Positions 15,241 through 28,686 of a stretch of DNA of 64,000 nt are shown here, in pieces. Both the position numbers and the translations under genes were made by a program. Source of the stretch: the human T2T-CHM13v2.0 reference genome, Homo sapiens. The notes beneath the pieces were generated by a model that saw nothing but the letters and a program-made list of their open reading frames with translations, had not been told where the DNA came from and searched no databases. The stretch is from the NCBI RefSeq assembly GCF_009914755.1, contig NC_060938.1. One strand, written 5' to 3'. Position 1 is the stretch's first letter. The number at the start of each line of letters is the position of its first letter.

Positions 15241-18200
15241 TGAAAAATCTTTCCCCTACCAGCAGGCAACAAGATTAGGGACACATGGATTCATGCATTT
15301 TACCAAGCAGAAATAATAGCTGAAATGCACTCACTATCCAGGTTGGCAAAGCTTCAGTACATCAGTGCCGAGGTATACCGTGCCTACTGAAAGCTAGAGG
15401 TAGACTCCTCTTTTTATTTGTCTCATGTCACTTTGCTGTTTCTAGAGCACTGATTCCCTTTAAACATTCTGGTCTCATTAAGGGAGGTTGTTCTTTATCC
15501 CTTATGGATAAAGATTATTAAGGGAAACTACTTCCCAAGAACTTTCCTTTGTCTTGGGGTGCAAAGTCCTTTGACCTGTAATGAACATTTCTGTGTTTTA
15601 TGACTGGGGAGGAGATGCTGGGAAATAACTGGTTCCTAAAACACTTCCCAGCACCCAGAATCACCAAGGAGAGGAAAGGAAAGGGAGAATTCAAATGATT
15701 AGCTAGGAACTTTTACCTCTGACTTCTGGTTGTTTCCTAGAGAAAATAAAATCCTCACGAGCAGAAGAGCCTGAAACATTTCTTTCTTGTGGAAACTTCC
15801 TATATTTGGGGACAATCAATCATTCCAGCAAACCTTCAGGTTATCACATCACTGTGAGTCTACTGACGAGAAGTCGTTTCTTTTTAAAGGACTCACTCAG
15901 AGTTTACCCTAGATCCCTACACCCAAGGGTGCCTCTTTTTACACAACAGATGGGCATCATCAGAAGTCTTTTGCAAAGAACCCATTTGTATGTCATGTGA
16001 ATCCCTTTGTCCTCGTTATGGTTTCCTAAGTTTGGATTTCTCATAATTGGCTTTTCTTAAAGTGAAAGCCATACTCCTGCTCAACAGGCTAGAGGTGAGA
16101 GTGAATCGGGCAGTGTTGGGACAGACTGGGCAGGTCACTGTGAGCGCCTGGCTGGCGGCTGGGAGGGGAAGCAGGGCTGGGAGCGCCTCGGGCTCCCTCC
16201 AGCTGCTGCCACTCCGTTCCCCTCACCAGCTTCTGGTTTTTGAATCCTAGCTCTGTGGAGCAGCTCCTGTGGCTGGCTTTATTTGGAAGTATTTAGGGCA
16301 AAAAAGGAACCCTGAATTTCACAACACTGAGCTTCATTTCTATTTATGTTCTCATAAACGCAGAGAGGGAGGAAGAGATGACATTTTTGGAGAAGTCACC
16401 AGTACTTTCTACCTCTATTTGTCCCCGACATTTTGCTTAAGGACAGTATCATGGCAGTGGAGCCAAAGTCAACAGGTCATTGGACCTGAAAAAAGACAGG
16501 ATTATGATGACAATAACAGCTGCTCTTTCTACCCAGTTCCTACTGGGCATTGTGCTAGGTGCTTTGTGTATGTTTTCACTAATCCACAGGAGAGCATTGC
16601 AAGGTAAGCCTCGTCGCAACTTTGTGGATGAAGAAATTCAAGGTCAGAAGAAGAAAGTGACTTGGCCCATGCCTCAAAGCATCACACTGTGATTAAACAT
16701 CACATTCTTCCTACTACCTCATGCTCTCTGGGACCCCCACTTTCCACCCCACCGAGGCCCTCGTCTTTCTCTGACTTCCTACTTCTGCTCTTCTAAGATA
16801 ACTAAGCTGTGACTCAGAGCATGAGGGGAAGAGGTTTCTTGGCACCAGGAAGGGACTCAGGGCTCAGGGAGACAGTTTAGAGCCAGAATAAGCTCATTAG
16901 GTCACAAGAAAGCAGGAATGACGGGAAGACACTTCTTATTCTTGCCCTCTGATCCCATTGTCCCTGGCAGAGAGTGGCACCCTCACCCCAGCAATGCTTC
17001 CTCAGGGGAGTAAGTTTGAAGCAGTCTGGGAAACTGGGCAGCTGAACCCCTCCTGACCCCTAAAGTCACAGTGGGGGCTGAGAAGAAGAAGAAAGACCTT
17101 GTAACTGTGGGCTTGGCAAGGGTCCAGGGATGTGCGCTGGGCTCAGGTTTTCCCTCCACCCCAACTTTGCAACAACCTGGGCTCCTGCGCCTGCTGTTTG
17201 GGGCTAGTTGGCCTGAGGGGAGGAGGGGAAAGAGGGCGTTTGGGCAGGGGAGGATGCAAGCCTGCCAGGAGAGCCCGGAGCGTCCTCAGCATGGGCAGCA
17301 GGGAGTGAATGAAGGGAAGGAGAACTGCAGGGCTCAAGAAACTCCCTTTCCTGGACTGGCTGCTCCAATGGATGGAGCTTGCAGGATAGTGGCACACAGG
17401 TGAGGAGGCACTGTTCCTGTGGGCCACAGTGTGGCCTCTATGGACTGCAGACACACACAGAGCAGTTTTGCCCTTAGTTACCCATAGATCATCTTAGAGT
17501 TTCCTGTTATTCTAAACATTGAAGGTGGGAACGCTGGAGCTTGAGGAAAGTGGAGACCTGGCACCAGGAATTCCAGGAATCCAAGAGGCTGTCACCTGCC
17601 ATGAGGTCAGGTGCTCATGGTAAGGGCCTGGCCAAGAGATCTTCCTTCTGCCTGTCAAGGACTTGTCCCTGACCCTGTAGGCACCCACGGCTGAAGTGCA
17701 GAGTCCTTGATCCATTACTGGATTAGCAATCACAAGAGTCAATTCCAATTAGAACAGAGAGTCTAAGTTATCTGGTTGGACACAAATGAGTTAATCCTCT
17801 TGAATGAAGACCTAGCTTGGCCTCTTAGACCTGCTGTCCTGGCAATTCCAGTTTATCCAGTAAGTTTGACTTCTTTTCCAAGGAGACCCTAGAGGCACGT
17901 TCACCATTGGTCCTCCACCTTTTCAGGGTCCCCAGCCTTCCTCCTGGCTCCCCTTCTCCCTAGTGCACCAGCATTAGAATCAGTCCAGCCAACTCTTTCC
18001 TTCCTTCCAAGTGAAATCCAAGAACTCACCTTTTCCTGAATTCTTTAAGCCACCCATATTGACCCAAGGGATGAAGCAGCAGAAACAGTGTAGTGTGTAG
18101 CAGACAGAGGGTCCACACTCCTACCCCTCAGTGATCCCTCAAGCATGTTCGCTGGTCTTAGCAGGGAGTGAGGTTGCCTACTGGACCCCAAGTCAGGAGA

Positions 18201-20392
18201 GGAGAGGGAGGGTCAGTAGATCAAATGTAACTGCTGACTCAGCCAGCCTCATGAGAAACATGCCACACACCCTGGTTCAGTGGGGCCCCAAGCTTGGGAC
18301 ATCTCCACGGGTCTCTCCAAAGAAGGACAAGCTGGGGGAGTTGCAGGATTTGGACACCAGCCTGAGCAGAAGGACAAATTCATCTTTATGCCAACTCTCG
18401 CCCCCGCAGTCAGCCAGACCTGGAATGAGACAGTCTGGGCCAGCTGTTCCACCTATTGGCGCTGACCAGCCTTCCCCACTGAGGCTAAACTTGGCAGCTT
18501 CGGCCCATAGAATTCCAACCTAGGCAGCTGCTTGAGAAACAAAGTGCTTGAGTTTGCTTTGAGCAGGGATGTTTAAAACTAGGATAAAGATAACAGGATA
18601 TGAGCTATAAGCTGCTTATCACAGCTAGTTTAGGAAAAAGACCTTACCAGGACCCAACAGGCAAGAAGGGAACAGCAATTTGAGCCAGTCTTCTTGGGTC
18701 TGCAACTGGGCATATTCCATTTAAAACTTGTCCTTTCCTCTTCTGGCCCTTGGGTGCTTACAACTTGAAAGGTCTTCTCCCATTCTAAAGCCTCTGCATA
18801 CCTAAAACCTAATGATTCAGCTCCCACCCTCTGGTCCCTTTTGTCTTTTCTTCCAGTACCCCAACATGTTTATTGCTTTTCTCTAAAAGTCATCCAAAGG
18901 ATTCATTTACATCTCCAGGGGGCTGAAACACCAGGACAGCATTCAGCAACCTGGGAATGGTTAGAGTTGCTAAGCGAGGTGCAGACAAGTCACGTTAGTC
19001 TGAGTGATGATTTTCTAGGGGTGAGGGTGATCCAAGCACAGCTGACTCTGTTTTTTCCTTTGCCAAAGGCTCCACCCTCACCCTGCCTCCTCACAGACCA
19101 TATTCAGTTCCTTGCTACTGCTGCATGTTGTCGTAAGAGTCCCCGCTGGAGTCATGCTGGGTGAGGGTGGGGAGGTCAAGGTAAGCACTTCCCCAACCAA
19201 GAATCACATCTTAGGGAAGGAAGCAGCAAGATGTGCGGAGAGCATAGCCTCAAAGGCCAAGCCCAGCCTCTCACTGGCCTTGCCTCTCAACCTCTAAAAT
19301 GAGGGAGCTGAACTGGGTGATGCAGCTAACCACTCCCTCTCCTTCAGGATAAGCTCAGAAATGCTTATTTCGGCCTGGACTCCTTCTCTGCCCTCCCCAT
19401 GTCCCCACCCTTGCTCTGGCTTCTCTTCTGGCAGATGTGTCTTATTTGAAAAGCTTTTTTCCCTAAGTATAATTCCATTGCCTCTTTTCCACCAGCAATT
19501 CAAAACTTTCCTCTCATTCTGCTGCCTCTCCAAGTGCCACGCATGTGCTCCTGGGATCCAGGTTCCATCTAGATCTGTCCTGAGGGTTTAGTGGGCCAGG
19601 ATTGCACTCTGACCCTTCTTCCCCTTGGCCTAGTGAGACTTCTGTTTTTGTTTTACGGTTTGGCTTCTTCTTGAATCAGATGTTACCGAATGCATACGTG
19701 TGCATGCACACCCACACACCAATCCTGCATGGAAAACTCTGGTCAAAACTTTTCTTTGGCAGAGACGCAAAGCATTTCCATGGCTCGCCACTTTCCTGAT
19801 TCTCTTAGCGCTGGCCCAATGCCAGATAGGAAACTTTTAGCTCTGAAGGCTGGAGAGAAGTTTGCCGTCCCAGCCCCTGAGGCCTGTCATCTTCAGCACC
19901 ACCATATTAAGACTATAGTTTAATAAAATCTGCCACTACTCACTCCAACCCCTGCAGACTTGCAGAAAGTGGAGAGTTGGCACCAAATTCCAGGAATCAA
20001 TGAGGCTGTCAGGAGGTCAGGCACTCAAGGTAAGGGTCGTCATAAGCAAGGAGCTGAGAGGCCTCTGTCAGCCAGGCCTGGCTTCAGGTGGAGCCTCTAG
20101 ACAGTTGGCTCCCCAAGTCGGAGGTCGTGTACAAGGCCCCAAACTCTGCTTTAGTCAGGTCCACCATAATGGGAATAATTTACTCTTTTTTTGTTTTCAG
20201 GTTAAGACTTACTAGGGTACAGTACATTCTTTCTCGGAAGGAGAGGTTACTTTCTCAGCAGACCCCATCCAAAAAAGTCTTCTACATGGTGTGCACACTG
20301 GTATCAACAAGCAATGAAAGCAAAAAAGAGAGAATGTACTAATGATAGCAAACATTTCAGTGCTTTCTAAATAACAGGCATTGTCCCAAGCT

Positions 20393-20476
20393 ATGTATAG
20401 CTTATATATATTATATAATCATTGTATATTATATCATAGTTTGTATATAACATATATATAGCATATATATACATAT
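20393..20476. repeat. Degenerate (TA)n low-complexity tract
   Basis: Visible TA-rich run. Confidence 0.8.
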
Positions 20477-21217
20477 CTGCCCATTTGATCTCTTGACAAT
20501 GTGCTGAACCCATTTTACAGAGGTAAAGCTTGAGGCTCTGAGCAGCTGTACACTCGCCAAAGATCTTGGCTCACTGGTTCTGGTGGGCACTACAGAGATG
20601 TTTTAAGAATGACAGCTCATCAGAGTGGGAGCTAGAAAGCCCTCTGATCCCCAGGAGGGACACATAGAGGAGCTGGAACAGAAGGAATTGGATTTGAGTT
20701 GAGAGGGATTTGTTTCACAGTTCCCAAGAGTCTGAGTGACTTGCCCGAGTCTCATGCAGCAACTCCACGGGAGAACATGTACAGGATCCGCTTCTCTTGC
20801 TAGTTCAATGCTATTTCCACCTAATTCACAGTTCTCTTGGGAGGAAGAGAAAGGAACAGAAGTTAGCCTTAACTATTTAAGGTGAGGTCTTGGAGAGATA
20901 AGAGAAAGAATTGACTCTGAGAAATGAAGAGAAAATAAGGTAAGAAAGTTACAAAAAAAGAAAAAAAGAAAAGGAAAGAGATAGGGGTAGGACCCAAATA
21001 TTGTCACTAACCAGTCTAGGAATAGGCAAGCATGTAGATGTATGTTACCCTATGAAAGCCTATGCCAGTCACCAACAACCACACACTCACCTATTTTAGG
21101 AGCATGTTTAAGTACATATGCTGGTGTTAGGGTTATAATACAATCCTTTTTTTAATGGCATTTATGCATTCTAGCAAAGAGGTCTGAAAAGATAATTTCT
21201 CCCAAACTAATCTGCAT

Positions 21218-21504
21218 TTTTTTCTTCTTCTTTTTGAGACGGAGTCTCATTCTTTCACCTAGGCTGAGATCTTGGCTCACTGCAACTTCCGCCTCCCAGG
21301 TTCAAGTGATTCTTGTGCTTTAGCCTCCTAAGTAGCTGGGATTACAGGCATGCACCACCACGTCCAGCTAATTTTTGTATTTTTAGTAGAGACAGGGTTT
21401 CACCTTGTTGCCCAGGCTCGTCTCAAACTCCTGACCTTAAGTGATCCGCCCACCTCGGCCTCCTAAAGTGCTCCAAGTACAGGTGTGAGCCACCACACCT
21501 GGCC
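21218..21504 (-). mobile_element. AluS
   Basis: Reverse Alu; TSD aatc(c)tgcatttttt. Confidence 0.88.
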
Positions 21505-21540
21505 TCAATCCTGCATTTTTTGACCTCTATTATTATTATA

Positions 21541-22568
<1,028 letters not shown>

Positions 22569-24014
22569 TACTGGGGGATTTTGGTTGGAGAATCTTGATG
22601 ACCAAGTGTTTCAGAGGCCAGTCCCATGGCACATTGAATGCTAGTTCTGTGGATCCAGGAAGTTAATGGACCCACCTAGCACTTTATTTCTTCCCTTGCA
22701 GTCTTCCTAATCCCGTCCCCCAGATGTCTTCCCTCCCAGCTTCCCTAGATAACAAAAACTTCCCTTATGCCTAAGGAGTCTGGGTGAGCCCCTGGATATC
22801 TTAGGGGCTTTATTGTCTTTCCCAGCTTTAGTAGGGGAACTAACAAAGGCAGATAGACTTCTAAGCTAGCATTCTGTACTTTGGCTGGAATATTCCACAA
22901 GCTCATGGCTTTGGGCCATAAGCCCAAAGGAGTCATTTCCCAACTTCAGTATTTTGAAACATTAGATATCCTGTTTCCTTACAACGTGACCATCTTGCAG
23001 ATAAGCACTGCTAGATCATCTGCACATTCGAGTAAATCCTGTTGTGAATTGAACAGAGTAACTCCTCTTGCTTATCCAGGCAATGTTAAGTGCAGGGCAC
23101 AGGGAAGTTTAAGCTTTGCCTCTAAGCCTCCATTCTGAGAAGCATCTTACCACCACTGTTCTAACAATGAAATGCAGTTAGGATTCAGACAGGTTTTCGA
23201 TCCACGTGCACTATTGCATGTGAGAAGCATCACTGAGAAATTCAAAATTACTTTTAACTATTTGAATTCATGTAATTTAATTCCAATATGAGTGCTCAAG
23301 GACAAATTAGCACTCAGATCGGAATATCCCACCTGAGAACCACACAGTTTGTTCAAAACCACTATCCTGCTGCTGCAAGGCTGGGACTCACTGAGCCTTA
23401 CTTCACCTTGGTGTTTCAATCATGGCATGTTGTCTTGCTTAGGTCATGGGGGAAGGACAGTCTTCCTTTGGAAGCGTCTGTTTTCCTGACAAGCCTTGGT
23501 TGGCAAGAATTTTTCAGTTAACTGTAGCAGGCAGCTTTACAGGCAGGAGATACGAGTTTTGCTTTTTTTTTTTTTAGAAAAAAGTTTGCAGTGCATGCCT
23601 GGAGCAAGGCAGGAAATGCAATTTGGTATTTGGAAACATCAGAAAATATTTCTTTGGGAGCTGTTTGTAATGTCACTTCACTGCATTGTTCCCTCTGTTC
23701 CAACTAATAAAATTATCAGTTCCAGAGTCTCGCTATCTTAAGTCCCTTTAAACCTGTTAAGGAGACCAAATAAATACCTCCTCCTACCCTGCATTTTGTT
23801 GTCCAGATGTGACCTTTGTCCCAATACCTAAAAGTGACAATGACCATTGTCATAGATGTGGAACACTGCAGTTTTTCTTCTAGTTTTCAGCATAGCTTTC
23901 AATCAAGTTTCCAACTAGGCAAGAATTAAAACAGAAAAGAAATAAAGGAGAGGTGTCTAAGCAACCAAGTCTTCCCTGGAAGAGAAGAGGAAGACGTGAG
24001 AAGTGAATAATAGG

Positions 24015-24020
24015 TTTATT
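24015..24020 (-). terminator. DCAF5: Distal polyadenylation signal AATAAA
   Basis: tttatt on + strand. On the minus strand it is followed by ttattcacttctcacgtcttcctcttctcttcc. Confidence 0.7.
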
Positions 24021-24967
24021 TGCATATACACAAGAGAAGAGTTAACCGTTACTGGGTGAGAAGGAGGTAAGGCTTCAGCAGAGGAAGGCACCTTGACAGA
24101 CAAACAAGAGACTCTCAGCTTATTAAATCAAGCATAGTCACAAACTTCACTTGCCCCAAGCCAACAACTTAACTCATTTACCTGCTGTCCTAGAGAATCA
24201 TTAACAAAACCAGCTGGAAAATAGAGAGAAATGATTTTACATATCTGGACCTGCCACTTAAAACTTTATGTACAGAATGCAGGAAAAAAACATAAGAGGC
24301 ACTTCCAAATAGTTCTTGATCTAATCAGTGCCATCTGTCCTGCTATTAAAAATATCTATTATGGAAGAAATTGGGTATTAAATGTGCCATCAAAGTTGGG
24401 GCCTCAATTCTAAAAGAGTTTAGGCAAAGGTACTCTAGAAGTGGTTCCTGCCAGGTTTCCAGACCCACAACCATAGACACAAAATCTCTGGAGATGAGGG
24501 TGGAGCAGCTATAAAGCAAGCATTTCTCACCCTGCTCATGTGTGTGTCTTATGGGGCCTATCACCCGGTAAGCTGAGCCTAGGATGCTGGGAAGCCTCTG
24601 CCAAGGATGGAAGGCATACTTGCTAAAAATGATCTTTCTTGGCTTCTCAAGTTAACCAGAATAAACTCTGATTTCTCTTTTGAGTACCCAAATGAGATTA
24701 AGGCTTTTAACATGAAAAGACCAAGTTCTGCATTTGGGAATTGTAACTACCAAGTAGCTAGTTCCCAAGGGAACTTTAACTACTTCTTTTCAGGAAGATA
24801 TGTATCCGATTGTCCTTTGAGAAGTCAGAAGAGGCTAAGTACTTATTAAAATAAAATAAATAGAATAGAATAAAATAAAGGACTGGGTGTGCTGACTAAG
24901 AAGGGGAAGAGAAACACACACTGAGTGATCGTATTTTTTTTGTATATAAAGGATTAAAAAATTCCAA

Positions 24968-24973
24968 TTTAAT
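24968..24973 (-). terminator. DCAF5: Candidate proximal polyadenylation signal ATTAAA
   Basis: ATTAAA followed about 45 nt later by GU-rich cagtgtgtgtttctcttcc on the minus strand. Confidence 0.4.
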
Positions 24974-26931
24974 ACATTTTGGAAAAGCAAATGTAAAATG
25001 ACTTGGGCTTATAAAACCAGCATTTACAATTATCTGTGAATAGTCAAAGACAAATCATAGAACCAATCTGATTACAAATCCAAAGTAATTCTAATGTTGG
25101 TTACAGAATCACTTTCCCACTCCCCCAGTAAAAGTCCAGGTGTTAAGTTGTACACACCCCCATGCTACACACACTCCTTCATCTCCTTCTCAGTGTTTTC
25201 ATACCCCAGCCGCATTACACACACCAGGCACATCTTCTCTTTCACAGAGCTTATCAGGATGGTATCTCCTTTTGGCTTAAACCAACCACCTTGTGTTTAT
25301 AAATAACCCCCCCACCCCCAGTGCCTGAATTCATCCACATCTTCTGCCTTCATAGGCAGCCTCCCCTTGGCTCCAGTTCCAGCAGGACAGGCCTTCCTCT
25401 GAAAGGAAGCCTGGGGCAGTGAGGCCACACTAGTCAGCGTTCGGCCCTCCCTACACCAATCCCAGCTGGGCTCCTAGTTGTCTAGCACCTTTGCACTCAA
25501 GAAAGTTATATTGTTTTTCTCTCTCTTCCTCATTTCTTGCCAGTATTCTGCCTTTTCATAACATTTATGCCAACAAGATATCTGGTCATTCCCAGACCTT
25601 CCTGTTTTGCACAACCCTTCATAGATAACCGAGTGACTGCAACGCTGAAAATCTGTTGCTCTTTTCTCTTCTAAACCTGTATCTACCTCAATAAAACTGA
25701 GTCTTTTATGGGAACCAGAAGACTTAAGACTAATGGGAACCAGGAGTCATAAGCCAGAGACTCCTCCCCAACACCTTCTGACTCCTAATAGACCTACTCA
25801 ATAAGAATCTGTTACCTTGAGATGCCTACTGCTCTGCAAAGTCTAGTGAGAACACCACAGCCTCTATCAACTGCAAGTCTGAGGGAAGATGCCAGTCCCA
25901 CCAATTCTGACCAATGGTTCTGGGTTGAGTTAAATGAATATAGTACCACATTCTGCTCCTCACTAAGCTTCTTCGTTAACACACCTATAACAACTACTTT
26001 AGTAGCCTGAGCACAAAGCTCTGGAAAGCTGTCTTTGCCCTTCTTTCACTATGCCTCGATCGATCATGGGAGCCAAGGAAGCACCTGCTGGCCTTGTGAG
26101 TGCCTCTTAGGATCTAGCACCTAACTGGTTAAAGTCTGTTATCCATGACTAGCTCTATTTTATGGCCTTCATACAGTACATGTTGCAGCACTGCTCAATT
26201 TGCAAACAGTGAAATTTATCAGGAATCTATATTCTCTTGAATCTGATCTTAAGTGCTAAACCTCTCATTAGCATTAAAAATTCTTTTTTATAGTATGTCC
26301 ACATTAAATGCTCAATAAAGAAGTGTTACTTAGAGAAAACATGGAAGATTTCTTTAAGAAAGGAACCATGCTTTCCTCTCCAGCGCAGCCAATGGGCTGA
26401 AGGCCTGTTTCCATTCTCCATTCTTCCAGCATAAATCTACAACTCACTGGCAGCACAACCTGATTTAACAGGCACCCATCATCCAGACCAGAACACCTAT
26501 GGCATGTAAACAGGGTGAGATGGCAAAAAGTACAAATTCATAGGTCCTTTCTGATGGAGAACTAAAAGGAAGGTCTTATGAGACAATAAGCGCACACGTG
26601 CCATTGTGCGTACACAAGAACAAGTCGAACGTCTCAACAAAGATTTACTTCCACAGAGCCTTGCGCGGCACACTACGCTCACGTCTCACTAGAAAGGAGT
26701 CACTTGGGTTATTTTTTTTTCCCTTTCTTAACACAGCACAAGCCAATGGCCAGCTAGACATTCAGACCCGTTGTTGAATGTTGGATAGAAGGGAGCAGCA
26801 TCAGACACAAAATTTCAGGCCCTGGTTTCATGTGCCTTTAATACTTGTTTTTCCTTTCCTCTGTATTCACTAAACAATTTTTTTTTTTTGTAAGGCTACT
26901 TTTGTAGCTTTTTGTTTTCCCTTTGTATTTA

Positions 26932-28686
26932 TCATGTTTTTAATTTCTTCTCTGAGGAGGAATTCTCTGAATCTGTATCTTCCAATTCAATTCGTTGCCT
27001 TTTGAGGCCACTGTGGCCATGAACAGCCCTGCTACTATCTGTGGCTGGGGTGTCAGTGGGGTCCTCTCTTGTTCCAGCATTGGGGGTCTCACAGGCCATT
27101 TCAGACCCGCAACAATCTTTGTGTAGGAGTGTCCCTGTCAGGGACGAGTTATCACGGTCAGTGTCTGAGTGTCCTGGGGAAGAGTAGGCCACCACCTCCA
27201 GCTCCCCCAAGTTCTGCCCGTTATTGTGAGGGTGAGGGGGACGAGGGTGTAAGCGTCCATTGTTGTGGTTGGCACAGATGGTTTCGAGGCTCCTCTCCTC
27301 ACTGTCATCAGACTGGGTCCTGGGACAGTTGCCAGACCCGCTGTTGAGAGTGGAGCCAGATGCCTTGGGGACAGGAGGAGAAGGCGGCTCCTCAGCCCGA
27401 CTGCTCAGGGCCTTTCCATTGAGCTTCTTGGTTTCAAAAGGGTGCTCTACAGAGCCGCTATTGCCAGTGTCCTGAGAGGTACCCTCTGGCACCTCTGCCC
27501 AAGCATGGCTGCTGTGCTCATGGCCTGGGCCATTGCTGGGAGTTCTAGGAGTCTCTTCTTTAAAAGTGTCCTTGCTGCAGCCTTCAGGTGGCAGGTCCTG
27601 GTTCCTCTGGGCCATTGCTATGTTTAGACAGGCTTCCTTACTGGAAGAAGGGGCTGGGTTGTCTTTGTGGCTGGTTCCTGCTCTCCCTTCATCTGCCTCC
27701 CCGGTCACCAAGGAGGTCTCTCCATCTTTGTTATTTGAGTAGGAGATATAAGAGTAGCGGAGCCACTTGTAAGCTTTATAAATTTTTCGCTCAACTGATT
27801 CTATGTCAGAAGTTGGTGATGCCCGGCTTGGTTGAATCTCTAGCGTGGAAGTGCTCCGCTCAGGGGACGAGGTTGGGGAGGAGGAGAGGTCATCCACTTT
27901 GATCTGGGGGTAATCATAGTTGTCTTCTCCAATGTAAGTGTTGGTGGGCTTGATTGGGGCACTGGGCTTGTCTTCTCGGGTTGTCTTCTGTCGGCGCCGC
28001 ATGGCATTCCGCTGCCAGGTAGAGGCTCGGCGTTCATTCAGCTCCTCCTCATCCTCAGAGCTGCTAGAGCTGCTGGAACTGCTGGATTCATCTTCGGGGC
28101 TGGGTGACCGTGGCCGGGGAAAGAGATCTGTGTCTAGTTCCACCTCACAGACATTCTCCTCAGAATCGGACTCATTGGAAAGGGCCAGGAGGCGTTTGTC
28201 TTGGTAGCGCCGCAGAGCAGACAGACGCTGCTGGCGAGAGGCTGCATCCTCACACGTGGGTGTTGGTGGAGTTGAGGCTACTGTGTTTGTGGTGGTGACC
28301 CGCAGGGGCCCCAGGTGGAAGGCGTTGTCGGCAGACTCATCTACTGTGGGAGGCGGGGAGCGAGGCAATGAGGCCGAAGACTCTGAGTCAGTGTAGCCTG
28401 AGCGCTCGCTGACCCCAGCGTGCAGTTGGAGGATAGTACTCTCACTGAGGTCACTGTCTGAGTCAGAGCTCCAGCCCTCGATCTCTCGGCGTACCAGTGA
28501 GTCAAAGAAGGCCATCATCCGGGGGTCTTCCTGGACCGACTGGTTGGCGTAGTCATGCGACAGGCCACTCCCACTGTTCAGCACAAGGCTGATGTACTCT
28601 TCATGGGTATAGAGGCAGCGGGAATCGTCCTCAATCCGACCGTCGAGGTCTCCAGTACATCCTGGCTGCTTGTATGGGCTCCAGAT
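26932..28686 (-). CDS. DCAF5: DCAF5 terminal coding exon (584 aa + stop): end of last WD40 repeat, then a long Ser/Glu/Pro-rich disordered tail ending SSEKKLKT
   Basis: Long CpG-rich ORF. Acceptor ttttcattttctgttcag|ATC TGG, phase 0 at 28686; TGA at 26934-26932. IWSPYKQPGCTGDLDGRIEDDSRCLYTHEEY... recognised as DCAF5. The first 19 aa of the 603-aa track ORF are intronic. Confidence 0.97.
   Translation of the reverse strand: MWSPYKQPGCTGDLDGRIEDDSRCLYTHEEYISLVLNSGSGLSHDYANQSVQEDPRMMAFFDSLVRREIEGWSSDSDSDLSESTILQLHAGVSERSGYTDSESSASLPRSPPPTVDESADNAFHLGPLRVTTTNTVASTPPTPTCEDAASRQQRLSALRRYQDKRLLALSNESDSEENVCEVELDTDLFPRPRSPSPEDESSSSSSSSSSEDEEELNERRASTWQRNAMRRRQKTTREDKPSAPIKPTNTYIGEDNYDYPQIKVDDLSSSPTSSPERSTSTLEIQPSRASPTSDIESVERKIYKAYKWLRYSYISYSNNKDGETSLVTGEADEGRAGTSHKDNPAPSSSKEACLNIAMAQRNQDLPPEGCSKDTFKEETPRTPSNGPGHEHSSHAWAEVPEGTSQDTGNSGSVEHPFETKKLNGKALSSRAEEPPSPPVPKASGSTLNSGSGNCPRTQSDDSEERSLETICANHNNGRLHPRPPHPHNNGQNLGELEVVAYSSPGHSDTDRDNSSLTGTLLHKDCCGSEMACETPNAGTREDPTDTPATDSSRAVHGHSGLKRQRIELEDTDSENSSSEKKLKT

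Larger units (their letters stand above)
23995..26931 (-). other. DCAF5: DCAF5 3' UTR (~2.9 kb)
   Basis: Alu/L1-free sequence from the stop codon to a canonical AATAAA with a U/C-rich downstream element. The 3' end is approximate. Confidence 0.75.

Noticed and set aside
27069-28298. Several + strand ORFs overlapping the last DCAF5 exon
   Set aside because: Expected antisense shadows of a GC-rich coding exon; no independent start or splice evidence.
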